DNA of 64,000 nt. It comes from an uncultured Lachnospiraceae bacterium (GTDB lineage Bacteria; Bacillota; Clostridia; Lachnospirales; Lachnospiraceae). A program made the position numbers and the translations under genes. This document shows, piece after piece, positions 38,879-47,645 of this stretch. The notes beneath the pieces are model-generated. The model worked only from the letters and a program-made list of their open reading frames with translations, was not told where the DNA came from and made no database searches. The DNA is taken from assembly GCA_946626215.1 (NCBI GenBank), contig CAMOUD010000001.1:8968-72967 (forward strand), given 5' to 3'. Each line of letters starts with the position of its first letter. The first letter of the stretch is position 1.

Positions 38879-40744
38879 GTGCCGGAACAGAGGTGGAATT
38901 TGGACAACAGACAGACCGGCGGCAGGAACAGGAGCCTGTCCCTGCTGCTTATGATGGCTGCCCTGATCGTGATCTATACGGTCGTCCGCGGCTCCTTTTC
39001 AGGCAGAGGGCCTGCCTATACCATGGGAGCCTTCGAAAAGGACCTGGCGGAAGGCCGGGTGACGGAGGTGGAGATCTGCCCCAACCGGGAGACTCCGACG
39101 GGCTGCGCCATCGTGGCCCTGCAGGACGGGACGGAGCAGGTCCTGTACGCCACGGACGTGACCCTGATCGAAGGCCTGGCCCGCCAGGCCGATCTGGACC
39201 CTGCCGTCCGGGACATACCCGCCGACCAGACCTTCCTGACCAGCGTGCTTCCCATGATCCTGGTCGCCGTGCTCTGCATGGCCTTCTTCTATATCATGAC
39301 CAGCCAGAGCATGGGCGGGGGCTCCAACGCGAAGATGTTGAATTTCGGCAAGAGCCGGGCCAGGCGCAGCGATTCCGAAAGGGTCACCCTGGCGGACGTG
39401 GCCGGCCTGGAGGAGGAAAAGGGAGACCTGGAGGAGATCATCGATTTCCTGAAGGACCCCGGCAAGTATACCAGGCTGGGAGCCCGGATCCCCAAGGGCG
39501 TCCTTCTGGAGGGAGTGCCCGGCACGGGCAAGACCCTGCTGGCCAAGGCCGTGTCCGGAGAGGCCGGCGTTCCCTTCTTCAGCATTTCCGGCTCGGATTT
39601 TGTGGAGATGTTCGTCGGCGTCGGCGCGTCCCGGGTCCGGGACATGTTCGAGGAGGCCAAGAAGAACGCTCCCTGCATCGTCTTTATCGATGAGATCGAC
39701 GCGGTGGCCCGGAGAAGAGGCACAGGCCTGGGCGGGTCCCACGATGAAAGAGAACAGACCCTCAACCAGCTCCTGGTGGAGATGGACGGCTTCGGCGTCA
39801 ATGAGGGCATTATCGTCATGGCCGCCACCAACCGGGCCGACATCCTGGATCCCGCGATCCTGCGCCCCGGCCGCTTCGACCGGCGGATCTCCGTGGGCAG
39901 GCCCGATGTAAAGGGCCGGGAAGCCATCCTGAGGGTCCATGCCAGGGGCAAGTCCCTGGGCGAGGACGTGGACCTGGCCGAGACCGCCAGGACCACGGCC
40001 GGCTTTACCGGCGCGGACCTGGAGAACCTTCTGAATGAGGCTGCCATCGCCGCCGCCAGGGACAACAGGCCCTTTATCCGCCAGTCGGATATTCAGCAGG
40101 CCTTTATCCGGATCGGCATCGGCCATGAGAAGAAGAGCCATGTCATCTCCGAAAAGGAGAAGAGGATCACGGCCATCCATGAGACCGGCCACGCCATCCT
40201 TTTCCATGAGCTGGGCCAGGTGGGCAGGGTCTATACCATTTCCATTATTCCCACAGGTCTTGCCGCGGGCGGCTATACCATGCCCCTGCCGGAGAAGGAC
40301 CAGATGTACATGACCAGGACCCACATGCTGGAGGAGATCATGGTGGACCTGGGCGGCCGGATCGCCGAGGAGCTGGTCCTGGAGGACATCACCACAGGAG
40401 CCTCCAACGACATCCAGAAGGCCACGGCCATGGCCCGCCAGATGGTGACCCGCTACGGCATGTCGAAGAAGATCGGCACCATCAACTATGAGACCGACCA
40501 GGAAAATGTCTTCCTGGGCTATGATCTGGGCCGGGAGAGCCGGCACAGTGAGTTCATGGCCGGTGAGATCGATAAGGAGGTCCGGCAGATCATCGATGAC
40601 TGCTACGCCAGGGCCAGACAGATCATCCAGGACCACATGGACATCCTGCTCAGGGCAGCGGACCTTCTGGTCGAAAAGGAAAAACTGACAGGAGAGGAGT
40701 TCGACGCTCTCTTTCATGAGACAGCGCCGGCAGCCGGCGCCTGA
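38879..40744 (+). CDS. ftsH: ATP-dependent zinc metalloprotease FtsH
   Basis: AAA Walker [17 protein letters not shown] region, HETGHA zinc motif. Start is GTG 38879 or, with a better RBS (AGAGGTGG), TTG 38900. Confidence 0.93.
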   Translation: MPEQRWNLDNRQTGGRNRSLSLLLMMAALIVIYTVVRGSFSGRGPAYTMGAFEKDLAEGRVTEVEICPNRETPTGCAIVALQDGTEQVLYATDVTLIEGLARQADLDPAVRDIPADQTFLTSVLPMILVAVLCMAFFYIMTSQSMGGGSNAKMLNFGKSRARRSDSERVTLADVAGLEEEKGDLEEIIDFLKDPGKYTRLGARIPKGVLLEGVPGTGKTLLAKAVSGEAGVPFFSISGSDFVEMFVGVGASRVRDMFEEAKKNAPCIVFIDEIDAVARRRGTGLGGSHDEREQTLNQLLVEMDGFGVNEGIIVMAATNRADILDPAILRPGRFDRRISVGRPDVKGREAILRVHARGKSLGEDVDLAETARTTAGFTGADLENLLNEAAIAAARDNRPFIRQSDIQQAFIRIGIGHEKKSHVISEKEKRITAIHETGHAILFHELGQVGRVYTISIIPTGLAAGGYTMPLPEKDQMYMTRTHMLEEIMVDLGGRIAEELVLEDITTGASNDIQKATAMARQMVTRYGMSKKIGTINYETDQENVFLGYDLGRESRHSEFMAGEIDKEVRQIIDDCYARARQIIQDHMDILLRAADLLVEKEKLTGEEFDALFHETAPAAGA

Positions 40745-40772
40745 GCGCCCGGTCCCTTCCTGCTTGTGATAA

Positions 40773-40807
40773 GGAAAGACAGTCCCGGTGGCTGTCTTTC
40801 TTTCTGT
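40773..40807 (+). terminator. Rho-independent terminator after ftsH
   Basis: GGAAAGACAG/CTGTCTTTC stem followed by TTTCTGT. Confidence 0.65.
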
Positions 40808-40839
40808 CCGGAAAAGAGGAAGGGAAGGAGGAGGTACAA

Positions 40840-42915
40840 GTGGATAAGAAAGCATTGTTTTCGGATCAGTCGCCCGCTTTTATGGATCCTGCCCAGCCGG
40901 CGGCAGGGGATCTTGTCAGGATCCGGCTCCGGACAGGCCGGGAGGACATGGGAGGCGTCTTCCTGTGCACGGACAGGGAAAAACGCCCCATGGAGGAGAC
41001 GGACTGGGCGGGCAGCCGGGAGAACGGCCGCTTCCGCTTTTTTGAAGCCTTTCTGCGGGCGGGAGAGACAGATTCCTACTGGTTCGAGCTCCTGACCCTG
41101 TCCGGCAGGAGGGTCCTTTACGGCCGCCGCGGCCTCTGCCGCAGGCCCGGGGACAAGGACCGGTTCCGGATCCTGCCGGGGTTTTCCGTACCGGACTGGG
41201 CGAAAGGGGCCGTCATGTACCAGATCTTTCCGGACCGGTTCGCCTCCGGGTCCCGGGGGAACCAGGTCCGGACGGGAGAATACTTTTATAATGGGAAAAG
41301 GGCTGAGTACGAGGAGGACTGGTACCGGCCGCCTGCCCCGGAGGACACCCACCGCTTCTACGGGGGAGACCTGCAGGGAGTCCTGGACCATCTGGACTAC
41401 CTGCAGGACCTGGGAGTGGACGTCCTCTATTTCAATCCCCTTTTTGTCTCCCCCTCCAGCCACAAGTATGACACCCAGGACTATGACCACATCGATCCCC
41501 ACTTCGGCCCCGGAGGAGGGGAGGAGGGCCCCCTTCTGGAGGAAGGAGAGACGGACAACGCGGAGGCCGGCCTCTACATCCGGAGGACCACGGATCCGGC
41601 CTGCCTGGAGAAAGGGGACGCCCTTTTTGCCCGCCTGACAGAGGAAGCCCACCGGCGGGGCATGCGGATCCTCCTGGACGGAGTCTTTAACCACTGCGGG
41701 TCCTTTCACCGATGGCTGGACGCCGAGGGCATCTACAGGGCCGCCGGAGAGAAGAGGGCGGGCGCTTTTCAGAGCGCCGGCTCGCCCTTCCGGGACTATT
41801 TTCACTTTGAAGAGGACGCCTGGCCCGGCAACGGGTCCTATGAGGGCTGGTGGGGCCATAAGACCCTGCCCAAGCTCAACTATGAGGGATCGGAGGACCT
41901 GGAAAAGGAGATCCTCCGGATCGGGGCCAAATGGGTCTCGCCTCCCTTTTCGGCGGACGGCTGGCGCCTGGACGTGGCTGCCGACCTGGGCCATTCCGAG
42001 GCCTTCAACCACCGCTTCTGGAAACGGTTCCGGGAGGCGGTCAAAGGGGCCAATCCGGAGGCCCTGATCCTGGCGGAGAACTACGCGGAATCCGAAAAGT
42101 GGCTCCGGGGAGAGGAATGGGACTCCATCATGAACTGCGAGGGCTTCATGGAGCCCCTGACCTGGTTCCTGACAGGCATGGAAAAGCACAGCCTGGAATT
42201 CCGGGAGGACCTTTTGAACGATCCCCGGCCCTTCTGGAGGGACATGCTCTGGAAAAGGGCCCGGAACATGCCGGCGCCCGCTGCCTGGGTCAGCATGAAC
42301 CAGCTTTCCAACCATGACCATTCCCGGTTCCTGACCAGGACCAGCGGCCTTGTGGGCCGGTCGGCGGACCTGGGACCGGAAAAGGCCTCGGAGGGGATCC
42401 GGCCCGCCGTCTTCCGGGAGGCGGTCCTGGTCCAGATGACCTGGCCCGGCGTCCCGGCCATCTACTACGGGGACGAGGCGGGCCTTACGGGCTTTACCGA
42501 TCCCGATGACCGCAGGACCTATCCATGGGGCCGGGAGGACAGGGAGATGCTTGCCTTCCACAGGGCCCTGATCGGTCTCCGGAGGACCTTTCCGGTCCTC
42601 CGGCAGGGGTCCCTGGTGCCCCTCTTCGGGTCCCGGGGCAGGATCGCCTACGGGCGCTTCGATGAGGAGGAGGTCCTGATCGCGGCGGTCAGCAACCTGG
42701 ACGAGCCTTCTTCCATGCGGCTTCAGACTGACCTGGCGGGCCTGCCGGAGGAGGCGGAGGCGGACCTGGTCTTCGTGACCGATGAGGAGGGCTTCCGGAT
42801 GCCGGGAGAAAAGGTCAGGGCCCGCCGCGGACGGCTTGCCCTGTCCATGGCCCCCAGGTCCGCCTGCATCCTCCACTGGAGGCGGCAGAAGCCGGAGGCC
42901 GGCGAAAAGGCATAA
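40840..42915 (+). CDS. GH13 alpha-amylase-family glycosidase (neopullulanase/cyclomaltodextrinase-like)
   Basis: 691 aa with GTG start after AGGAGGAGG. Conserved regions DGVFNH, GWRLDVAADL, ILAENY, SNHDHSR. No signal peptide seen. Confidence 0.8.
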   Translation: MDKKALFSDQSPAFMDPAQPAAGDLVRIRLRTGREDMGGVFLCTDREKRPMEETDWAGSRENGRFRFFEAFLRAGETDSYWFELLTLSGRRVLYGRRGLCRRPGDKDRFRILPGFSVPDWAKGAVMYQIFPDRFASGSRGNQVRTGEYFYNGKRAEYEEDWYRPPAPEDTHRFYGGDLQGVLDHLDYLQDLGVDVLYFNPLFVSPSSHKYDTQDYDHIDPHFGPGGGEEGPLLEEGETDNAEAGLYIRRTTDPACLEKGDALFARLTEEAHRRGMRILLDGVFNHCGSFHRWLDAEGIYRAAGEKRAGAFQSAGSPFRDYFHFEEDAWPGNGSYEGWWGHKTLPKLNYEGSEDLEKEILRIGAKWVSPPFSADGWRLDVAADLGHSEAFNHRFWKRFREAVKGANPEALILAENYAESEKWLRGEEWDSIMNCEGFMEPLTWFLTGMEKHSLEFREDLLNDPRPFWRDMLWKRARNMPAPAAWVSMNQLSNHDHSRFLTRTSGLVGRSADLGPEKASEGIRPAVFREAVLVQMTWPGVPAIYYGDEAGLTGFTDPDDRRTYPWGREDREMLAFHRALIGLRRTFPVLRQGSLVPLFGSRGRIAYGRFDEEEVLIAAVSNLDEPSSMRLQTDLAGLPEEAEADLVFVTDEEGFRMPGEKVRARRGRLALSMAPRSACILHWRRQKPEAGEKA

Positions 42916-42999
42916 GGGCAAGGCACGGGGACCGGAGAAGGGAAGCCGGAAGGAGGAAAGAAGACCTGGCAGGAAGGAAACAGAGAGACCGGAAAAGGA

Positions 43000-43027
43000 G
43001 GGGGGATCCGCCGCGGATCCCCCCTTT
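43000..43027 (-). terminator. Hairpin likely terminating fba (T-run on minus strand)
   Basis: GGGGGGATCCG (43000-43010) pairs with CGGATCCCCCC (43014-43024). The minus strand continues TCCTTTTCC. Confidence 0.5.
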
Positions 43028-43042
43028 CCCTGGCAAAGCAGA

Positions 43043-43077
43043 GGGCCGGACACCCGGATGGGTGCCCGGCCCTTTTT
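43043..43077 (+). terminator. Rho-independent terminator after the GH13 gene
   Basis: GGGCCGG..CACCC/GGGTG..CCGGCCC stem followed by TTTTT (43073-43077). Confidence 0.7.
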
Positions 43078-43114
43078 CAGCCGTTCATGACTGCCTTAAG
43101 CGGCAGAGATTGTT

Positions 43115-43981
43115 TCAGGCCTTGCCTGCGGAACCGAAGATGTCGATCTTGGTCTTGACCATCTCGGTGATTGCCTTTGCGCCGGGAGCGAGCAGCTTAC
43201 GAGGGTCGAAGCCCTTGCCCTGCCGATCCTTGCCTGCCTCGATGTAAGCCCTGGTGGCTTCCGCGAAAGCGATCTGGCACTCGGTGTTGACGTTGATCTT
43301 TGCGACGCCCATGGAGATGGCCTTCTTGACCTGATCTTCCGGGATGCCGGAGCCGCCGTGAAGAACGAGAGGCATGTCGCCGACCTTCTCCTTGATGGCT
43401 GCCAGAACGTCGAACTGCAGGCCGGTCCAGCCTTCAGGATATACGCCGTGGATGTTGCCGATGCCTGCTGCCAGCATGGTGATGCCCAGGTCGGCGATCT
43501 TCTTGCACTCGTCGGGATCCGCGCACTCGCCCATGCCGACTACGCCGTCTTCCTCGCCGCCGATGGCGCCGACTTCAGCTTCCAGGGAAAGGCCCAGCTG
43601 TCTGCAGACATTTGCCAGCTCAGCGGTCTTTGCCAGGTTCTCTTCGATCGGAAGAGCGGAGCCGTCGAACATGATGGAGGAGAAGCCGGCCTTGATGCAC
43701 TTGTAAGCGCCTGCATAGGTGCCGTGGTCAAGGTGAAGAGCTACGGGAACGGTGATGCCCTGGACTTCGATGACGTTGTTGACGATGTCGGCAACATTCT
43801 TGAAGCCGCTCATATACTTGCCTGCGCCCTCAGACACCTGAACGATGATGGGGGAGCCGGTTTCCTGTGCGCCTGCCAGAACAGCCTTGGTCCACTCAAG
43901 GTTGTTGAGGTTGATTGCGGGCACTGCATAGTGTCCTGCGACTGCAGCCTGGAGCATTTCTTTTGCAGATACTAATGCCAT
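43115..43981 (-). CDS. fba: Fructose-bisphosphate aldolase, class II
   Basis: 288 aa. MALVSAKEMLQAA..AVPAINLNNLEW, ALHLDHG, VLHGGSG. ATG at 43981 follows AAGGAGGAA. The ORF-track start at 44056 is upstream of the RBS. Confidence 0.95.
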   Translation of the reverse strand: MALVSAKEMLQAAVAGHYAVPAINLNNLEWTKAVLAGAQETGSPIIVQVSEGAGKYMSGFKNVADIVNNVIEVQGITVPVALHLDHGTYAGAYKCIKAGFSSIMFDGSALPIEENLAKTAELANVCRQLGLSLEAEVGAIGGEEDGVVGMGECADPDECKKIADLGITMLAAGIGNIHGVYPEGWTGLQFDVLAAIKEKVGDMPLVLHGGSGIPEDQVKKAISMGVAKINVNTECQIAFAEATRAYIEAGKDRQGKGFDPRKLLAPGAKAITEMVKTKIDIFGSAGKA

Positions 43982-44200
43982 TTGTTTTTCCTCCTTGATA
44001 TAAGGTGTATGGTTATCTCTTTCCGCCCGGCGGAAAGAAGCCGCTACTTGGAACAACTAAGTATGCGTTTGGGATAATTATATAGGAGAAATCATAAAAA
44101 AGAAAGTTTCAAATAGGCTTTTTTTGGACAGTTTATCCAGAAACCCCTTCTTTTGGTACAAACGCACAAAAGCGGACGTTCAAATTCGGCTTTTGGCAAA

Positions 44201-44242
44201 TTGTAAAAATTTCATAAAAAATTTATACTGAAAACGATTACA
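44201..44242 (+). promoter_or_regulatory. Promoter of the amylosucrase-family gene with overlapping cre/LacI-type operator
   Basis: TTGTAA (44201-44206), 17-nt spacer, TATACT (44224-44229). TGAAAACGATTACA (44229-44242) fits cre consensus TGNAANCGNWNNCA. Confidence 0.6.
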
Positions 44243-44326
44243 AAAAACCGGGGCCGGCGTGCGCCTTTTGGCCGGTCCGTGCGCCGGAGGAACAGCGGCT
44301 GATAAGAATGACAAGGAGGAAGAACC

Positions 44327-46432
44327 ATGTTTGAAGGCAAAGGATGGGACAGTGTCTTCTGTACCCGTCTGGAAAAGCACTATGATGAGATGAAATGGCT
44401 GTACGCGGAACTGTACAACAATGACCAGCAGGCGTTCGACTATTTCCTCAGTATGCTCTATCAGTATCATACAGAGCGTTCCCCCCTCTTAAAGGAATGG
44501 GATGAGGCCAGAGAGGCCGTGCCGGACTGGTATAAGGGCAACGAGATCCTGGGCATGCTGATGTACACCAACTGCTTCGCCGGCACCCTGAAGGGCGTAA
44601 AGGAAAAGCTGGACTATATCCGGGAGTGCGGAGTCAACTACCTGCACCTGATGCCCCTGCTGGAAAGCCCCAAGGACAGGGGCGACGGCGGCTATGCCGT
44701 TTCCAACTTCCGCAAGGTACAGCCCGAGCTGGGCACCATGGAGGACCTGGCGGACCTGGGCATTGAATGCCACAACCAGGGCATGAGCATCTGCCTGGAC
44801 TTCGTCATGAACCACACCTCCGAGGACCATGAATGGGCCAGGAGGGCAAGGGCTGGCGAGAAGGAATATCAGGACCGGTATTTCTTCTATGATGACTGGA
44901 CCATTCCCAACGAGTTCGAAAAGACCGTGCCCCAGGTCTTCCCGACCACGGCGCCCGGGAACTTCTCCTGGTGCGAGGAGGCAGGCAAGGTCGTCATGAC
45001 CACCTTCTATCCCTATCAGTGGGACCTTAACTACGCGAACCCCGTCGTTTTCAACGACATGACCGCGGATATGCTCAACCTCTGCAACCACGGCGTTGAC
45101 ATCATCCGTCTGGACGCGACTCCCTATATCTGGAAGGAACTGGGCACCAACTGCCGCAACCTTCCCCAGGTCCATACCCTGGTCCGCCTGATGCGGATGG
45201 CCTCCGAGGTCGTAGCCCCCGGGACCCTGCTTCTGGGCGAGGTCGTCATGGAGCCCAAGGAGGTCGTTCCCTACTTCGGCACCGTCGAGAAGCCGGAATG
45301 CCACATGCTCTACAACGTCACCACCATGGCCAGCCTCTGGCATACCGTGGCGACCCATGACGTCCGCCTGCTCCGCCATCAGATGGATACGGTCTTCATG
45401 CTGCCCAGAGAGTATACCTTCCTGAACTATCTGCGCTGCCATGACGATATCGGCTGGGGCCTGGACTACAAGTTCCTCAAGCAGTTCGGCATCGAGGAAG
45501 TGGCCCATAAGAAATATCTGAACGAATACCTGCGCGGCCTGGGCGGCTGGGACAGCGACGCCAGGGGCGAGCTCTACAACGACGATCCCCGTCTGGGCGA
45601 CGCCAGGCTCTGCGGCACCACCGCTTCCCTGTGCGGCATCGAGGCGGCGGAATACGAGGGCAGCCAGTGGAAGCTGGACAGGGCCATCACCCTGGATCTC
45701 ATGCTCCATGCCTTCATGCTGGTCCAGAGCGGCATCCCGGTCCTCTATTCCGGCGATGAGATCGGCCAGAAGAACGACTACGACTATCACAACGACCCCA
45801 TCAAGTGGGATGACAGCCGTTATCTCCACCGCGGCGACCTGCGCTGGGACGAGGTGGCAAAGCGCCATGATCTGACGACCCGCGAGGGCAGGATCTTCCA
45901 CGGCATCCAGGAGCTGGTGGCCATCCGCCGCGAGTTCGGCGTCTTCGAGTCCGAAGCGGATACCTGGACCGTAGAGACCTGGAACGACCAGGTCCTGGGC
46001 ATCGGCCGCTACTACAACGGCGAAAAGCTGATCGCCCTCTTCAATTTCAGCGATAAGGAACAGACCGCCTGGATCAATGAGGTGGAGGACTATGTCAACC
46101 TTCTGAACGGGGAGATCTGCAAGGCCAGCGGCTGGACCCTGAAGCCCTATGATTTCGTCTGGCTCCTGACCACCTACAACAAGGCCCTGCCCACCAGAAA
46201 GGCGCCTACGCTGGAAAAGAAGGAGGAGGCTCCCGCGGCTCCCGTCAAGAAGAGGACGGCCGCGAAGAAGACGGAGGGAACGGCCAAAAAGGCGGCAGCT
46301 CCGAAAAAGACCGCAAAGAAGGCCGCTGAAAAGGACGGGGGAGCCAAGCCCGCCGCCAAGAGGACCAGAAAGACGGCTGCCAAGAAGCCCGCTGCCGTTG
46401 TCAAGCCGGCCCAGGAGCCCGATCAGGCCTGA
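44327..46432 (+). CDS. Amylosucrase-family GH13 enzyme with C-terminal Lys/Ala/Pro-rich tail
   Basis: 701 aa. GVNYLHLMPLLESPKDRGDGGYAVSNFRKV, DFVMNHTS, GVDIIRLDATPYIWK, LLGEVV, LRCHDDIGW. Block-by-block resemblance to Neisseria amylosucrase as I recall it. Confidence 0.8.
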   Translation: MFEGKGWDSVFCTRLEKHYDEMKWLYAELYNNDQQAFDYFLSMLYQYHTERSPLLKEWDEAREAVPDWYKGNEILGMLMYTNCFAGTLKGVKEKLDYIRECGVNYLHLMPLLESPKDRGDGGYAVSNFRKVQPELGTMEDLADLGIECHNQGMSICLDFVMNHTSEDHEWARRARAGEKEYQDRYFFYDDWTIPNEFEKTVPQVFPTTAPGNFSWCEEAGKVVMTTFYPYQWDLNYANPVVFNDMTADMLNLCNHGVDIIRLDATPYIWKELGTNCRNLPQVHTLVRLMRMASEVVAPGTLLLGEVVMEPKEVVPYFGTVEKPECHMLYNVTTMASLWHTVATHDVRLLRHQMDTVFMLPREYTFLNYLRCHDDIGWGLDYKFLKQFGIEEVAHKKYLNEYLRGLGGWDSDARGELYNDDPRLGDARLCGTTASLCGIEAAEYEGSQWKLDRAITLDLMLHAFMLVQSGIPVLYSGDEIGQKNDYDYHNDPIKWDDSRYLHRGDLRWDEVAKRHDLTTREGRIFHGIQELVAIRREFGVFESEADTWTVETWNDQVLGIGRYYNGEKLIALFNFSDKEQTAWINEVEDYVNLLNGEICKASGWTLKPYDFVWLLTTYNKALPTRKAPTLEKKEEAPAAPVKKRTAAKKTEGTAKKAAAPKKTAKKAAEKDGGAKPAAKRTRKTAAKKPAAVVKPAQEPDQA

Positions 46433-46481
46433 CGGGGAACAGCATCAGAGCACCGGGTAAGATGCAGGAGAGAACAGGGAT

Positions 46482-47456
46482 ATGACGATCAAGGAAGTCG
46501 CGAGCCTTGCCGGAGTTTCTTCGGCGGCCGTCAGCCGCTACATCAACGGCGGCTCGCTGAGCGCGGAAAAAAGGGAAAAGATCCGCAGGGCCATTAAGGA
46601 AACGGGCTACCGCCCCAACCTGATGGCCAGGAGCATGCGGACGGGCCGGGGAGGCCAGGTGGGCGTGATCGTCCCCAAGGTACGGTCTGATTCTGTCAGC
46701 AACGTGCTCATGGGCATTTCCGAGATCCTGTCGGAGGCCGGCTACCTGACCCTGCTGGGCAATTCAGAGACCAGGACCGACAGGGAGCAGAGCTATCTGG
46801 AGGTCATGCAGAACAACCAGGTGGCCGGCATCATCCTCATGGGGACCATCATGACCCCGGAGAGCCTGGAGGCGGTCCGGTCCGCCAAGGTCCCGGTGGT
46901 CGTGACGGGCCAGAACCTGGACGGGATCCCCTGCGTCTATCACGATGATTTCCACGCGGCCAGGGACGTGACGGCCCTTCTGACAGAGAAGGGAAGGCGC
47001 AGGATCGTCTACATCGGCGCCGACGAGAAGGACCTGGCGGCGGGGCTTGAACGCCGCAGAGGCGTCCAGGAGGCCCTGCGGGCGGCAGGCCTTCAAGCTG
47101 AATCCCTGCCCCGCAGGATCAGTCCCTTCGATCCGGCAGGCGGCTACGCCTGCATGCGGGAGCTCCTGGAGGAGGTCCCGGACCTGGACGGCGTGGTCTG
47201 CGCCACGGACAACATCGCCATGGGGGCCCTGAAGGCCCTTGCGGAAAGCGGCAGGTCGGTCCCGGGGGACGTCTCCCTGGTGGGGATCGGCGATTCCTGG
47301 GCGGTCCGCTTCTGCCTGCCGGGCATCACCATCGCCAGGCTCCGCTTCCACGACTGCGGGCGGAAGGCCGCCGGGCTTCTCCTGGACCTGGTCCGGGGGG
47401 AGGCGGTCCGGAGCGTCATGCTGCCCTATTCCATCACGGACAGGGGGTCTGTATGA
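46482..47456 (+). CDS. LacI-family transcriptional regulator
   Basis: N-terminal HTH MTIKEVASLAGVSSAAVSRYING plus a periplasmic-binding-protein-like sugar domain. Confidence 0.85.
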   Translation: MTIKEVASLAGVSSAAVSRYINGGSLSAEKREKIRRAIKETGYRPNLMARSMRTGRGGQVGVIVPKVRSDSVSNVLMGISEILSEAGYLTLLGNSETRTDREQSYLEVMQNNQVAGIILMGTIMTPESLEAVRSAKVPVVVTGQNLDGIPCVYHDDFHAARDVTALLTEKGRRRIVYIGADEKDLAAGLERRRGVQEALRAAGLQAESLPRRISPFDPAGGYACMRELLEEVPDLDGVVCATDNIAMGALKALAESGRSVPGDVSLVGIGDSWAVRFCLPGITIARLRFHDCGRKAAGLLLDLVRGEAVRSVMLPYSITDRGSV

Positions 47457-47528
47457 ACCCTTCTGCCCGCCTGCGGAGGAGGCGGCAAGGTGCACAAAAA
47501 AGCAGTGCGAAATTGGGACAAAAAGCAA

Positions 47529-47603
47529 TTTACAAACAAATAAAATTAAAATAAAATAAACTTTAGTTGTGAAATCGTTTTCACTATTTGTGAAAACTTC
47601 ACA
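47529..47603 (+). promoter_or_regulatory. PTS promoter followed by two palindromic operators
   Basis: TTTACA (47529-47534), 17-nt spacer, TAAAAT (47552-47557). GTGAAATCGTTTTCAC (47569-47584) is a perfect match to cre TGWAANCGNTNWCA. TGTGAAAACTTCACA (47589-47603) is a second palindrome. Confidence 0.6.
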
Positions 47604-47645
47604 GAAAGAAACCAGACAACTTCTAGTAAGAGGAGGACACAAAAA

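Noticed and set aside
38863-39693. A 276-aa ORF in an alternative frame inside ftsH. Similar Arg/Pro/Gly-rich alternative-frame ORFs lie at 533-1195, 37038-37895 and 13610-14038.
   Set aside because: They overlap strongly supported genes on the same strand and have Pro/Arg/Gly-dominated translations typical of off-frame reading of GC-rich genes.
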